A stretch of 64,000 nucleotides of DNA from Candidatus Omnitrophota bacterium (GTDB taxonomy: Bacteria; Omnitrophota; Gorgyraeia; Zapsychrales; Fredricksoniimonadaceae): assembly GCA_015232565.1 (NCBI GenBank), contig JADFZK010000004.1, forward strand, positions 11,907 to 75,906, in the 5' to 3' direction. The notes under the pieces are model-generated. The model was not told where the DNA came from, searched no databases, and worked only from the letters and a program-made list of their open reading frames with translations. The stretch's first letter is position 1, and each line of letters begins with the position of its first letter. Positions 10,801 to 25,800 of the stretch are shown here, piece after piece. Position numbers and translations under genes: made by a program.

Positions 10801-13800
10801 ATCCGATAAAATATCCAGATCAGTCCAATTAATGCTAGTTTTAGACAACTGATCAATATCCTGCCAATTAATACCCGATGTAGATAACGAATTAATATCC
10901 GTCCAGTTAACACTGGAAATTGACATCGACGAGAAATCCGTCCAGTTCACACCAGAATTACTCAAGACATCCAGATCAGACCAGTTGACGCCCGACATGG
11001 ACATGGAGTCCAGATCGGTCCAGTTAATGCCGGCAATTGCCATCTGACTTAAATCAGTCCAGTTCATTCCAGAACGCGACATTGTAGAAAGATCCATCCA
11101 ATTCACTGCATTATTGGACATCACGCTCATATCCTGCCAATTGATCTCGGTCTTGGTCATAACGTCAAGACTGTCCCAATTAACGCCCAATTCGGTCATC
11201 ACCACAAAATCATCCCAATTAACACCGGCCGTAGTCATGATGCCCAGGCTCTCCCAATTTACCCCGGTGGTAGTCATGGTGTTCAGGTCTTGCCAATTAA
11301 TCGCACGTGTAGTAAGGACTGCCATATCATCCCAATTTACCGCGGACGAGGCCAGGACATCCAATCCGGTCCAGTTAACACCCTGGGCGCTCATAGAAGC
11401 AATATCATTCCAGTTAATACCCATGTTAGTCATGGATTGCCAATCCGACCAATTCACACCAGAATCACTCATAATATCAAGATCGGTCCAGTTAATGCCG
11501 GACGCCGACAATGACGAAATATCAGTCCAATTAATGCCAGAATTACCAAGAGTGCTGATGTCAGTCCAATTTAGCTGTGAATTTCCCAGAACCGCTAAAT
11601 CCTGCCAATTAAGCTGACTTAAACTTAGGCGCTCGATATCAGTCCAGTTAATTCCGGAAGCTGAAAGCGTTTCAATATCCGTCCAGTTTACACCCTGATC
11701 GGTCATTTTCTCAATATCCAGCCAATTGATGGAGCTATTAGTGGACACACCCAGGTCAGACCAATTTATAGCTCTAGTAGTCATTACCGCCAGGTCTTCC
11801 CAATTAATCGAATCGGTGGTCATTCTCTGCATATCCGACCAGTTTAGGCCGCTGGCTGATAAAACTGCTACATCCGCCCAATTAACGCCCAGATCGGTCA
11901 TGCGCTCAAAATCACTCCAATTTACACCGGCATTGTGTAAAACCTCTACATCCGTCCAATTGATACCACTATCGGACAAGCTTTCAATATCGGTCCAATT
12001 AATTCTACTAGTAGACAGAATATTCAGATCAGTCCAATTAATAGCACTGCCGGTTAAAGAAGCCAGATCAGTCCAATTAACTCCGGAATCACTTAAAGTG
12101 TTAACATCGGTCCAGTTGATGGCCGAACCAGTTAATTGCGCCAGGTCCGCCCAATTAATACCAGCATCATTCATGACCGAAAGATCAGACCAGTTCACTC
12201 CTGTTTTACTCAAGCTCTCTACATCTAACCAATTGACCCCTTGTAATGTTAAGGACTGAATATCCGTCCAGTTCACTCCTGTATTAAAGAACACCGCCAG
12301 ATCAGTCCAGTTGATAGCAGAATCACTCATTGAATCAATATCAGTCCAGTTAATACCCGACAAACTTTCTGCAGCCAGGTCATACCAGTTAATGCCCGAA
12401 CTGGAAATGGTTTCCAGATCAGTCCAATTGATCCCTTGCTTTGAAATCGTTTCAATGTCGGTCCAATTTACACTAGAACTACTTAACTGCGCGATATCCG
12501 TCCAGTTGATCCCGATGGTGCTTAAATAATTCAGATCAGACCAATTGACTCCGGTTTGACTTAACGTCTGAATATCGGTCCAATTAACGCCGATCTCGCT
12601 CATTGAAGAAATATCGGTCCAATTAATTCCCGAGGCACTCAATGTTTGCAAATCTGTCCAATTAATGCCAGTAGTGCTTATCTGTTCAATATCCAGCCAA
12701 TTAATACCTTTGTTACTTAAAACATTGATATCAGTCCAATTAATTGCGCTGTTAGACATTAAGCTTAGATCAGTCCAATTGATAGTTTCGGTACTGATTC
12801 TGGCCAGATCTGTCCAGTTAATAGTAGAAGTACTTAAAGTTTCAATATCGGTCCAATTAATTCCACGGTTGGACATGATATCCAGATCTGACCAGTTAAT
12901 ACCGGAATTCCCCAGTGTACTGATATCGGTCCAATTAACTCCCGATATACTCATTTGATCTAAGTCAGTCCAATTAATGCCTGACATGGTCAAGGTATTC
13001 ATATCCTGCCAGTTAATAGCAGTTGTGGTTAACACCGCCCAATCCTGCCAATTGATCGCTGACTTGCTGAACGACTCCAAATCAGTCCAATTAACACCAG
13101 ATTGAGTGATCGTTTGAATATCGGTCCAATTAACTCCCGACAAACTTAACTGATCAATATCTGTCCAATTAATGCCAGTATTTGAAAGCGATTGAATATC
13201 GGTCCAATTAACACCACTGGAACTTAAGGTGTTCATATCTGTCCAATTAATAGCGGTATCGGTCATGGCTGCTATATCGGTCCAGTTAACACCAATGTCA
13301 GACATTACTGAAATATCAGCCCAGTTGACACCGGAAGAACTTAACGTTTGAACATCGGTCCAATTAATGCCTTTATTTGAAAGAACATCAATGTCAGACC
13401 AATTAATACCTGTTTCAGTTAATGTTTGAATATCAGTCCAATTAACACCGGTCAGAGTCATTCGTTCCAGATCGGTCCAGTTAATACCGGTTTTAGTGAT
13501 CGTTTCAATATCGGTCCAATTTACGCCTTCTGTCGACAGACTTTCAATATCAGTCCAGTTAATACCGGTTTTAGATATTTGTTCTACATCGGTCCAATTA
13601 ATACCTTGATTGGTTAATGACCCAATATCCTGCCAATTGATCCCGGTAACACTAAGCTCTTTAATATCCTGCCAATTGATCCCGGATAAAGTAGCCGTAT
13701 TAACGTCAGTCCAATTTATACCGGACTGGGTTAAGGTTTGAACATCCGTCCAATTAATTCCGGTTTTACCGAGAGCTTCAACATCGATCCAGTTAATGCC

Positions 13801-16800
13801 GCTGTTACTTATTGTGGAAATATCCTGCCAATTAGTGCCCACATTACTCATTATCTCAAGATCAGCCCAGTTCACGCCGGTGCTACTTAAAGTTTGAATA
13901 TCCGTCCAGTTAATACCGGACAAGGTTAGTTTTTCAATATCGGTCCAGTTAAGACCAGATACAGTTAACGAATTCAAATCAATCCAATTAATACCAGTTT
14001 GGGATAAAGTTTCAATATCCGTCCAGTTAACACCGTTATCGGAGAGCGCTTCAATATCAGTCCAATTAATGCTCGAAGTACTCAGGGTGAGAATGTCGGT
14101 CCAGTTAATTCCGGACTTACTTATGGTATCAAGATCCGTCCAGTTAATCCCGGTTAAACTAAGTGTTTGAATATCAGCCCAGTTCACTCCGGTCCGGGAT
14201 ATTGCTTCAATATCCGTCCAGTTAATACCCTGAACCGTTAAAGTTTGCATATCAGTCCAGTTAATACTTTGGGTAGTCATGGCACTTAAATCTATCCAAT
14301 TGATCGCCTGATTAGACATGGCACTCATGTCGGTCCAATTAATGGCAGCGCCGCTCAAAATATTTAAATCTGACCAATTAATACCGGATTCACTAATTGT
14401 TTGAATATCAGTCCAATTGATCCCTGTTTCACTCAACACATCAATATCAGCCCAATTTACACCTGATTCACTAATAGTCTGGATATCCGTCCAGTTAATA
14501 CCAGTTTTTGATATCAGCTCAATATCATTCCAGTTTAATCCGTTCAAAGACAAGGCACTGATATCTGTCCAATTGATAGCGCTTCTCGAGAAAAGATCCA
14601 AATCAGTCCAATTAATTCCTGCGGTAGTAAAGGAATTAAGGTCGGTCCAATTAACTCCGGTTTTACTTAACTGCTCAATATCGGTCCAGTTAACTCCAGT
14701 AACCGACAAGGATCCAATATCGGTCCAGTTTAGACCGCTTACACTCAGCTGTTGAATATCTTCCCAATTCACACCGGTATAAGTAAGCCTTTCAATATCC
14801 TGCCAATTAATCCCCTGCTTGGTGATAACTTCCAGGTCTGACCAGTTAACAGACTGTTTGGTTAAGCTTTCAATATCCGTCCAATTCACACCTTGTTTAC
14901 TTAACAACTCAACATCGGTCCAATTTAGGCCTTGTTTGGAAAGCGTTTCGTAATCAGTCCAATTTATGCTCTGCTTACTAATAACTTCAATGTCAGTCCA
15001 ATTAATTCCGGTCTGACTAAGCGAATCTATATCCGTCCAATTAACGCCGGCCAAGGAAGCCGTTTCAATATCAGTCCAGTTAATACCTTTATTGCTAAGA
15101 ATATTAATGTCGGTCCAATTAACACCAGTCTCTGTCAGCGTTTGAATATCAGTCCAATTAACTCCGGCCAGACTCAAGGTTTCAATATCGCTCCAGTTTA
15201 TGCCTTGAGCGCTGATAGTTTCAATATCCGCCCAATTTAATCCTTCATTTGACAACGTTTCAATATCCGCCCAATTCACCGTAGAACGGCTTAATATAGA
15301 AATGTCAGCCCAGTTAATTGCTGAATCCGCCAGCGTATTTAAGTCGGTCCAATTAAGACCAGCAACGGTCATGGTTTCCAGATCGGTCCAGTTAATTCCG
15401 GTACTTGAAAGCGTAGAAAGATCGGTCCAATTAATGCCGGAAGCATGCATTGAAGCAATATCGGACCAATTAATACCAGTTACCGTCATGGATTCGAAAT
15501 CAGTCCAATTAATAGCATTGTTAGTAATGACTGACAGGTCAGCCCAATTAGTACCAACATTAGTCATAACCGACAGGTCAGTCCAATTAATACCCAGCGA
15601 ATTCATTACATTCAGATCTGACCAATTGACCCCGATCGAACTCATATAATTCAGATCCGACCAATTAACTCCAGTGGCACTCATTAAGGAAATGTCTTCC
15701 CAATTAACGCCATCTTTGGTGAGTTGTTCAATGTCAGTCCAGTTTACACCCACATTGGTCAAGGTTTGCACATCGATCCAATTAATACCTTGTTTGGACA
15801 GTGTTTCAATATCCTGCCAATTTATGTTTTGTTTGGAAATTACATCCAGGTCGCTCCAATTGATTCCGGTAGTGGCGATGGTTTGAATATCTGTCCAATT
15901 AATTCCGGTTTGCGAAATTGTTTCAATATCTGTCCAATTAACTCCTGATTTGGCCAGTACATCAATATCCTGCCAATTAATTCCGCTAGTGGTCAAGGTT
16001 TGAATATCCGCCCAATTCAGGCCAATATTGCTGGCGGTCTGCAGATCAGTCCAATTAATAGCTTGTTGCGAAATAGTTTCCAGATCGGTCCAGTTAATTC
16101 CTTCATTTGTTAAGGAGGCCCAATCCAGCCAATTGATTGTGGAGGTGCTCATCGAGGATAGATCGGTCCAATTAATACCCGATAGTCCAAGGGCGCCAAT
16201 ATCGGTCCAATTAACACCAGTCAGGCTGACAGTTTGTAGTTCGGTCCAATTGATTCCGGTAGTAGACAGCTGCGCAATATCGGTCCAATTAACACCTGTT
16301 TCACTAATGGTTTGAACATCGGTCCAATTAATTCCGGTAACTGTTAAGGCCTTAATATCATCCCAGTTTAATCCGGTAACAGTAAGGCGTTGGATATCTT
16401 CCCAATTAATGCCATTGGTAGAAAGTCTTTCAATATCCTGCCAATTAATACCTTGTTTGGATATCGTATCAATATCCGCCCAATTGACGCCGGTAGTCGT
16501 CATTGTATTAATGTCCTGCCAGTTTATAGCAATATTGCTCATCACTGCCATATCGGCCCAATTCACACCGGTAGATGATACCTGAGCAAAATCCTGCCAG
16601 TTAATAGTGGAAAGGCTCATTATAGAAAGATCATGCCAGTTCACTCCACTATCACTTAACAATTGAATATCCGCCCAATTAATGTTTTGGGTAGATAATG
16701 TTTCAATGTCAGTCCAATTTACACCCTGTTTGGTTAAAGTCTCAATGTCGGTCCAATTAATACCGGTTCTGGAAATCTGTTCAATGTCAGTCCAATTAAC

Positions 16801-19800
16801 ACCAGATAAGGATAAGGTGTTTAGATCAGTCCAATTAATACCACTTGTTGAGATCGTCTCAATATCGCTCCAGTTAATTCCCTGACGGGATATTTGTTCT
16901 ACATCCGTCCAATTGATACCCTGCCGGGATATGACATCAAGATCCGACCAGTTCATCCCAGTCAAACTTAATTGCTCAATATCGGTCCAATTAATCCCTT
17001 CAATACTCATAACATTAAGGTCAGACCAGTTTAAACCGGTAGAACTTAAAGATTGAATATCCGTCCAATTAATTCCTGTTACAGATAACTGTTGTAAATC
17101 CTGCCAATTGATGCCGGTTGTGGATAGTTTTTCAATATCCAACCAGTTAACACCCTGTTTAGACACCGTTTCAATATCTGACCAATTGATACCTTGACGC
17201 GAAATAGTTTCAATATCCAGCCAATTGATACCCGTCAAGCTCATGGCCCCAATATCCGACCAATTAATACCATCCATAGTCAACGATTGAATATCGGTCC
17301 AATTAATGCCAATATTGGTTAAAGTTTCAATATCTTGCCAATTAACGCCTTGATGCGTAAGAACTTCAAAATCAGCCCAATTTACTGCCGACGAAGTCAA
17401 TGTGTTTAGATCGGTCCAATTCACGCCACTATCACTCAAGAGAGCCAGATCGATCCAATTAATACCGTTAGTACTTAAGGCTTGAATATCAATCCAGTTA
17501 ATACCTTGATTTGATATTGTTTGCACATCAGACCAATTAATACTGGAACGACTCAGAGTTTCCAAATCCTGCCAATTAATACCCTGCTTAGCTAACACAT
17601 CAATATCGGACCAATTTAAACCAGTACGTGAAAGTGTGTTCAGATCTTCCCAATTAACTCCGGTAACAGATAGCAAGCCGATATCAGTCCAATTTAAACC
17701 GGTAGTAGTAAGTGTTTCGACATCAGTCCAGTTCACCCCTTGCCGGGATAATGTCTCAATATCTTGCCAATTGATACCTTGATCGGAGAGCGTTTGAATA
17801 TCCGACCAATTGACGCCAGTCCCAGAAATGACGCCCACATCATCCCAGTTAACGCCGCGAGTAGTCAAAACCGTAAGGTCATCCCAATTCACAGCTACCG
17901 CGGACATAGTCTGAACATCGGCCCAGTTAATAACAGAATGCGACAACGTAGCTAAATCGGTCCAATTAACACCCAACGTGCTAAATACCGACCAATCAGT
18001 CCAATTTACACCAGACGATGTCAATTGTTGAATATCAGTCCAATTCAAGCCGGTTACTGACAATGACTCAATATCGGTCCAATTAATACCCTGCCGGGAG
18101 ATCGTTTCAATATCAGCCCAGTTAATGCCCTGGTCAGTTAAAGTTTGAATATCCAGCCAATTAATTCCGCTAGAAGACAATGTACCAATGTCGGACCAAT
18201 TGACACCGGTAAGACTCATATTGCCAATATCAGTCCAGTTAATACCAGTCAAACTAATAGTACGTATATCTTCCCAATTTAACCCTGCAACAGTTAATTG
18301 TTCAATATCCGTCCAATTAATTCCCTGTCTGGATAATGCATCAATATCCAGCCAGTTAATGCCTTGAACAGACAAGCGTTCGACGTCAGTCCAATTAATA
18401 CCTTGAGTAGTGAGTGTATTTATATCTGTCCAATTAATACCGGATAAGCTGATCCGTTCAATATCGGTCCAATTAACACCTTGAGTGGACAACGTGTTAA
18501 TATCACTCCAATTAATTCCGGTCTTTGATAGCTCGGCAATATCCTGCCAATTAAGGCCAATAGTAGACATGGAACCGATATCCGACCAGTTAATACCAGT
18601 CAAAGAAACCGTTTCAATATCCACCCAATTTATACCGGCAACAGACAATGAATTAATGTCTGTCCAATTGACGCCAATCTTTGACATAGTTTCTAAATCG
18701 GTCCAATTTACGCCAGTTTTACCAAGTGATTCCAGGTCGGTCCAATTAATGCCCGTAGTGCTGATCTTTTCGATATCCAACCAATTGATGCCCACGACGC
18801 TAAGAGATTCAATATCCGACCAATTAATACCTTGAGCACTTATTGCGCCGATATCTGTCCAATTGATACCTTCAACTGAAAGACGTTCAACATCCGTCCA
18901 ATTAATACCACTATCACTCAGGCGCGCAATATCTTGCCAATTGAGGCCAACATTACTCATGACACCAACATCACTCCAATTTATTCCCTCAGCAAACAAA
19001 GTGTTCATGTCGGTCCAATTAATACCCGTAGTACTTAAAGCTCCGACATCAGTCCAATTCACCGAACTCATAGTTAACTGATTAAAATCTTGCCAGTTTA
19101 CGCCAGTATCACTAAGCGACGCCAAATCAGTCCAGTTAACACCATCCAAAGTCATTTGAGCAAAATCGGTCCAGTTAACAGACGCATTGGTCATTGCACT
19201 GAAACTAGCCCAATTAACCTCGGCAGTGGTTAATACATTAAGATCAGACCAATTGACGGTCGATTCACTTAATAATGCTATATCGGTCCAATTAATGCCT
19301 CGGTCAGACATAATAGCAATATCAGACCAATTGACCCCTGTTTCACTAATAGTGCCGATATCGACCCAATTAATGCCCGTAAGAGAAAGACTGCCAATGT
19401 CGGTCCAATTGATACCAGTTTGGCTGATCGCTCCAACATCAGTCCAATTAATACCGGTAGTGGTCAGCTGTTCAATATCCTGCCAATTAATACCAGTGGT
19501 TGTAACCGTAAGAATGTCGGTCCAATTAATTCCAGTCTTAGCCATAACATCAATATCGGCCCAATTGACCCCGGTGGCTGCTAAGGTTTGAATGTCCTGC
19601 CAATTAATTCCTGTCTTGGAAAGTGTATCCACATCGGCCCAATTGATGCCGGTGGCAGACAGCGTTTGAATATCAGTCCAGTTAATACCAGATTGGGCCA
19701 ATGTTTCAAGGTCAGTCCAGTTCAATCCGGATTGAGTCAAACTGGAAATGTCTGTCCAATTGATAGTGGAGGAGGTAAGTGATTCAATATCCGTCCAGTT

Positions 19801-22800
19801 GATTCCGGACATAGATAAAGTATTAAGATCGGTCCAGTTAATTGCGGACGATGATAAAGTGCTAATATCGGTCCAATTCACACCGGTAACACTTAAAGTT
19901 TCCAGGTCGATCCAATTTACACCAACCGAAGACATTTGCGAAATATCGCTCCAATTAATTCCGGAAGTAGTAAGAGTATCAAGATCGGTCCAGTTAATTG
20001 CCGAATTTGTTAAAACTGACATATCTGCCCAATTCACAGAAGATTCCGACATCAGGTCAATATCTGCCCAATTCACACCTAAAGTTGTTAAGACCCCAAT
20101 GTCACTCCAATTAATCCCTGTAGCCGACAAAGATTGAATATCGGTCCAATTAATCCCAGTCACACTTAATGTTTCAATATCCTGCCAATTAATAGCAGTG
20201 GTAGAAAGTGACTGGATATCAGTCCAATTTAAACCGGTCAAGCTTAATGCTGAAATATCGGTCCAGTTTACCCCTGCACTGGTTAGGACATTAATGTCAG
20301 TCCAGTTGACCCCCGACTTGGTCAAAAGATCAATGTCGGTCCAATTAACTCCGGTGGTCGAAATTTGTTCAACATCGGACCAATTAATACCTGATCTGCT
20401 TAAAGTCTCAATATCGCTCCAATTAATAGCCGACCGAGCCAAAACATCAATATCCGACCAATTCATGCCGGTCGTTGAAAGTACGCCGATATCAGCCCAA
20501 TTAATGTTGGTCAAACTTAAAGAACCAATATCCGACCAGTTTACTCCAGTCATCGTTAAGGAAGCCACATCCGTCCAGTTAATTGCGGAATCACTTAATG
20601 AATTAAGATCATCCCAATTAACACCGGTAACACTTAAAATTTCAAAGTCAGCCCAGTTAATTCCGACATTAGTTAGTGATTGAATATCAGTCCAATTAAT
20701 TCCGGAATCAGTTAACCCGGCGACATCCGTCCAGTTAATGCTGGATTTGGTTAATAATTCTATATCCGCCCAATTCATGCCCGACTTGGCCAGAATATCA
20801 ATATCCTGCCAATTTATACCCGTAGTACTCAAAACTCCCACATCAGTCCAATTAATTCCAGTTTCACTTAACCGGCCAATGTCAGTCCAGTTAATGCCAG
20901 TCAAAGTTACTTCACTTATATCAGACCAATTAACACCAGTCAGGCTCATCGCGCCAATATCTGTCCAATTAATACCTTTATTTGTTAAATCATTAACATC
21001 CGACCAATTAATGCCACTCTCAGTTAAAGTGCCAATATCTGTCCAATTTACACCATCGACGCTCATCTGCGCAAAGTCCGTCCAGTTTACGCCACTGGTC
21101 GTCATTAAACTAAAATTATCCCAATTAAGAGTGGACGTTGACAACAACTCTAAATCAGCCCAATTAACAGCTGAAGAACTTAAAGTTTCAATATCGATCC
21201 AATTAACGCCCGAATGCGTTAAGGATTCGATATCGGTCCAATTAATTCCGGTCTTGGTGATGGTATCAATATCCTGCCAGTTAATACCGGTACTGCCCAG
21301 TACGCCGATATCCGACCAGTTAATGCCAGTCCGGGTTAAGACTTCCACATCCGCCCAGTTTAAGGAAGAACGGCTGAACACGTCGATGTCAGACCAGTTC
21401 ACACCCGTTTTCGACAAGGTCTCAATATCCGTCCAGTTGATACCCGTCATGGTGAGGGTTTCAATATCGGTCCAGTTGACGCCGGACGTGGTGAGCGTAT
21501 TGATGTCGGTCCAATTGATACCGGTCCTGGTGAGCAATTCGATATCGGTCCAATTAATACCGGTATTTGTTACCTGGCCGACATCGGTCCAGTTGATCTC
21601 ACTGCGGCTGATAACATCAATATCCGCCCAGTTGATCCCGGTCTTAGCCAGCGTGTCAATATCCTGCCAGTTAATTCCGGTAATAGACAGAACGCCGATA
21701 TCCGTCCAGTTTACACCGGTTTCACTTAAGCGGCCGATATCCGTCCAGTTAATTCCGGTTAAGCTGACCGCTTCAATATCAGTCCAGTTTACGCCTGTCA
21801 GACTCATTGCCCCGATATCGGTCCAATTAATACCTTTGTTGGTAAGGTCGTTAATATCCGACCAATTGATCCCGCTGGCCGTCAAAGAACCAATATCGGT
21901 CCAGTTAACGCCATCAACGGTCATCTGCGCGAAATCCGTCCAGTTAACTCCGCTGGTCGTCATTAAACTGAAATTGTCCCAGTTAATAGTGGAAGTCGAC
22001 AATACATCCAGATCCGACCAATTAACCGCCGACGCACTCAATGTTGCGATATCGGTCCAGTTAACGCCCACATCGGTCAAGATCCCCATATCCTGCCAGT
22101 TCACACCTGAGTTGGTCATCACCGAAAGATCGTTCCAGTTGACACCTAACCCGTTCATGACATTCAGGTCTGACCAATTTACACCAATATTGCTCATGTA
22201 ATTCAGATCCGACCAGTTGACTCCCGCCTGGCTCATGGCATCAATATCAGTCCAGTTCACACCGGTCTTAGTAAGTTGGTCAATATCAGTCCAGTTAATT
22301 CCCGTATTCGTCAAAGCGCCAATGTCGGTCCAATTAATTCCAGTCTTGGTGATGGTATCAATATCCTGCCAGTTAATACCGGTACTGCCCAGTACGCCGA
22401 TATCCGACCAGTTAATGCCAGTCCGGGTTAAGACTTCCACATCCGCCCAGTTTAAGGAAGAACGGCTGAACACGTCGATGTCAGACCAGTTCACACCCGT
22501 TTTCGACAAGGTCTCAATATCCGTCCAGTTGATACCCGTCATGGTGAGGGTTTCAATATCGGTCCAGTTGACGCCGGACGTGGTGAGCGTATTGATGTCG
22601 GTCCAATTGATACCGGTCTTGGTGATCAATTCGATATCGGACCAATTGATGCTGGTATTGCTTACTGTGCCCAAATCAGTCCAGTTAATACCAGTTTCAC
22701 TTAACCGCCCAATGTCGGTCCAGTTGATTCCAGTTACACTTAAAGATTCAAAATCAGTCCAATTGATCCCGGTCAAACTAGCTGATCCAATATCCGCCCA

Positions 22801-25800
22801 ATTAATACCAGTGGTGCTAATTTGACCCAGATCCTGCCAATTAATTCCAGTCTTCGAAATGATTTCAACATCAGACCAATTAACACCCGTCTTAGTTAAG
22901 GTATCAATGTCCTGCCAGTTAATTCCAGTAGTAGTTATGGTATTTAGGTCGGACCAGTTCACACCAGTTTTGGTAAGAAGATCAATATCGGTCCAATTAA
23001 TACCAGTTATTGCAAGCTGTTCCACATCGGTCCAATTAATACCAGAGCGGCTGATAACGTCGATATCATTCCAATTAACTCCTGTCTTAGCCAAAACATC
23101 AATATCCTGCCAATTAATTCCGGTGTTGCTTAGCACTCCAATATCCGACCAATTCACTCCAGTCGCACTGATCGAGCCAATATCAAGCCAATTAATTCCG
23201 GTAACACTTAAAAAACCAATATCCGTCCAGTTGATACCCGTCATGCTTAAAGCTTCAACATCGGTCCAATTGATGCCTTTATTTGTTAATACATCAATAT
23301 CCAACCAATTGATCCCATTATCACTCAAAACCGCAACGTCCATCCAGTTCACACCATTAATGGTCATCTGCGCAAAGTCGGTCCAATTAACGCCCACCGC
23401 GGTCATCACGCTGAAGCTATCCCAATTAACTCCGGCAGTCGTTAAACTATTTACATCCGACCAATTAACCGCAGTTAAACTTAAGGCCGCAACATCGGTC
23501 CAATTAACCCCAATAGTAGTTAAAGTGTTTACATCTTGCCAATTAACGCCTGAAGTGGTCATAACCGACAGGTCATTCCAATTTACACCAATGCTGTTCA
23601 TTATATTAAGATCAGACCAGTTCACACCAATATTACTCATGTAATTCAGATCAGACCAGTTCACTCCAGACTGACTCATTGACTCAATATCCGTCCAATT
23701 AACACCCGTCTTGGCAAGCAGGTCAATATCGGTCCAATTAATCCCAGTATTACTTAAAGTGCCGATATCGGTCCAATTAACGCCAGTTTCGCTTAACCGC
23801 CCAATATCGGTCCAGTTTATACCAGTAACGCTTAATGTTTCGAGATCAGTCCAATTGATCCCGGTCAAGCTGGCTGACCCGATATCTGTCCAATTAATGC
23901 CGGTGGTACTAATTTGGCCAAGATCCTGCCAATTAATTCCAGTCTTTGAAATAATTTCAACATCAGACCAATTGACACCTGTTTTAGTTAGGGTATCAAT
24001 ATCCTGCCAGTTAATTCCATTGGTGGTTACTACATTAAGGTCAGACCAGTTAACGCCGGTTTTGGTAAGAAGATCAATATCGGTCCAATTAATACCAGTG
24101 GCGGAAATTTGTTCTACATCGGTCCAGTTAATACCTGAACGGCTGATAACTTCAATATCATTCCAATTGACACCAGTTTTAGCTAGAACATCAATATCCT
24201 GCCAATTAATTCCGGTGTTGCTTAGCACACCAATATCCGACCAATTCACTCCAGTCGCACTGATCGAACCAATATCAAGCCAATTAATTCCGGTAACACT
24301 TAAAGAACCAATATCCGTCCAATTGATACCCGTCATGCTTAAAGCTTCAACATCGGTCCAATTAATGCCTTTATTTGTTAATACATCAATATCCAACCAG
24401 TTGATCCCGTTATCACTTAAAACTGCAACGTCCATCCAGTTCACACCATTAATGGTCATCTGCGCAAAGTCGGTCCAATTAACGCCCACCGCGGTCATCA
24501 CGCTGAAGCTATCCCAATTAACTCCGGCAGTCGTTAAACTATTTACATCCGACCAATTAACCGCAGTTAAACTTAAGGCCGCAACATCGGTCCAATTAAC
24601 CCCAATAGTAGTTAAAGTGTTTACATCTTGCCAATTAACGCCTGAAGTGGTCATAACCGACAGGTCATTCCAATTTACACCAATGCTGTTCATTATATTA
24701 AGATCAGACCAGTTCACACCGATATTACTCATGTAATTAAGATCCGACCAGTTCACCCCCGCCTGGCTCATAACATCAATATCTGCCCAATTAACACCAG
24801 TCTTGGTAAGCAAGTCAATATCGGTCCAGTTAATCCCTGTATTGCTTAGAGTGCCGATATCGGTCCAATTAACGCCGGTCTCGCTTAACCGCCCGATATC
24901 GGTCCAGTTGATTCCAGTTACACTTAATGTTTCAAAATCAGTCCAATTGATCCCGGTCAAACTAGCTGATCCGATATCTGTCCAATTAATGCCGGTGGTA
25001 CTAACCAGGCCGAGATCCTGCCAATTAATACCAGTTTTAGAAATGCTTTCAACATCCGACCAATTGACACCCGTTTTAGTTAAAGTGTCAATATCCTGCC
25101 AGTTAATTCCGGTGGTGGTTATTAGATTGAGATCGGACCAATTAACACCCGTCTTGGTAAGAAGATCTATGTCTGTCCAGTTAATGCCAGTTATCGAAAG
25201 CTGTTCCACATCGGTCCAATTAATACCTGAGCGGCTGATAACATCAATGTCGTTCCAGTTGACACCAGTTTTGGCCAGAACATCAATATCCTGCCAATTA
25301 ATACCTGTTTTACTTATCACATCTATATCCGTCCAGTTAACACCTAATGAGCTTATAACACTTACGTCCAGCCAATTAACGCCTGCGAGTGTCAACTCAC
25401 CTACGTCAGTCCAATTTACATTTGCGCTGGTCATTGAGCCAAAACTTTCCCAATTAACACCAGCATTGGTCATGGAATCTAAATTACTCCAATTTACACC
25501 AGAATTAGTGAAGTTTTGTAATTCGGACCAATTAACACCAGCCTCGGTCATCGACGTAATATCATCCCAATTAATTCCTGAAATAGTAAGTGTTTGTAAA
25601 TCATTCCAATTTAATCCGGCAGCTGTTAAAGCGGTGATATCCGTCCAATTAATATTACTATCGGTTATGGTTTCAACATCAGTCCAATTAACACCAATAT
25701 TACTTAAAGTCGTAATATCTTGCCAGTTAACGCCAGCATTGGTCATGACCGATAAATCATTCCAATTGACGCCCAAACTATTCATTACATTAAGATCGGA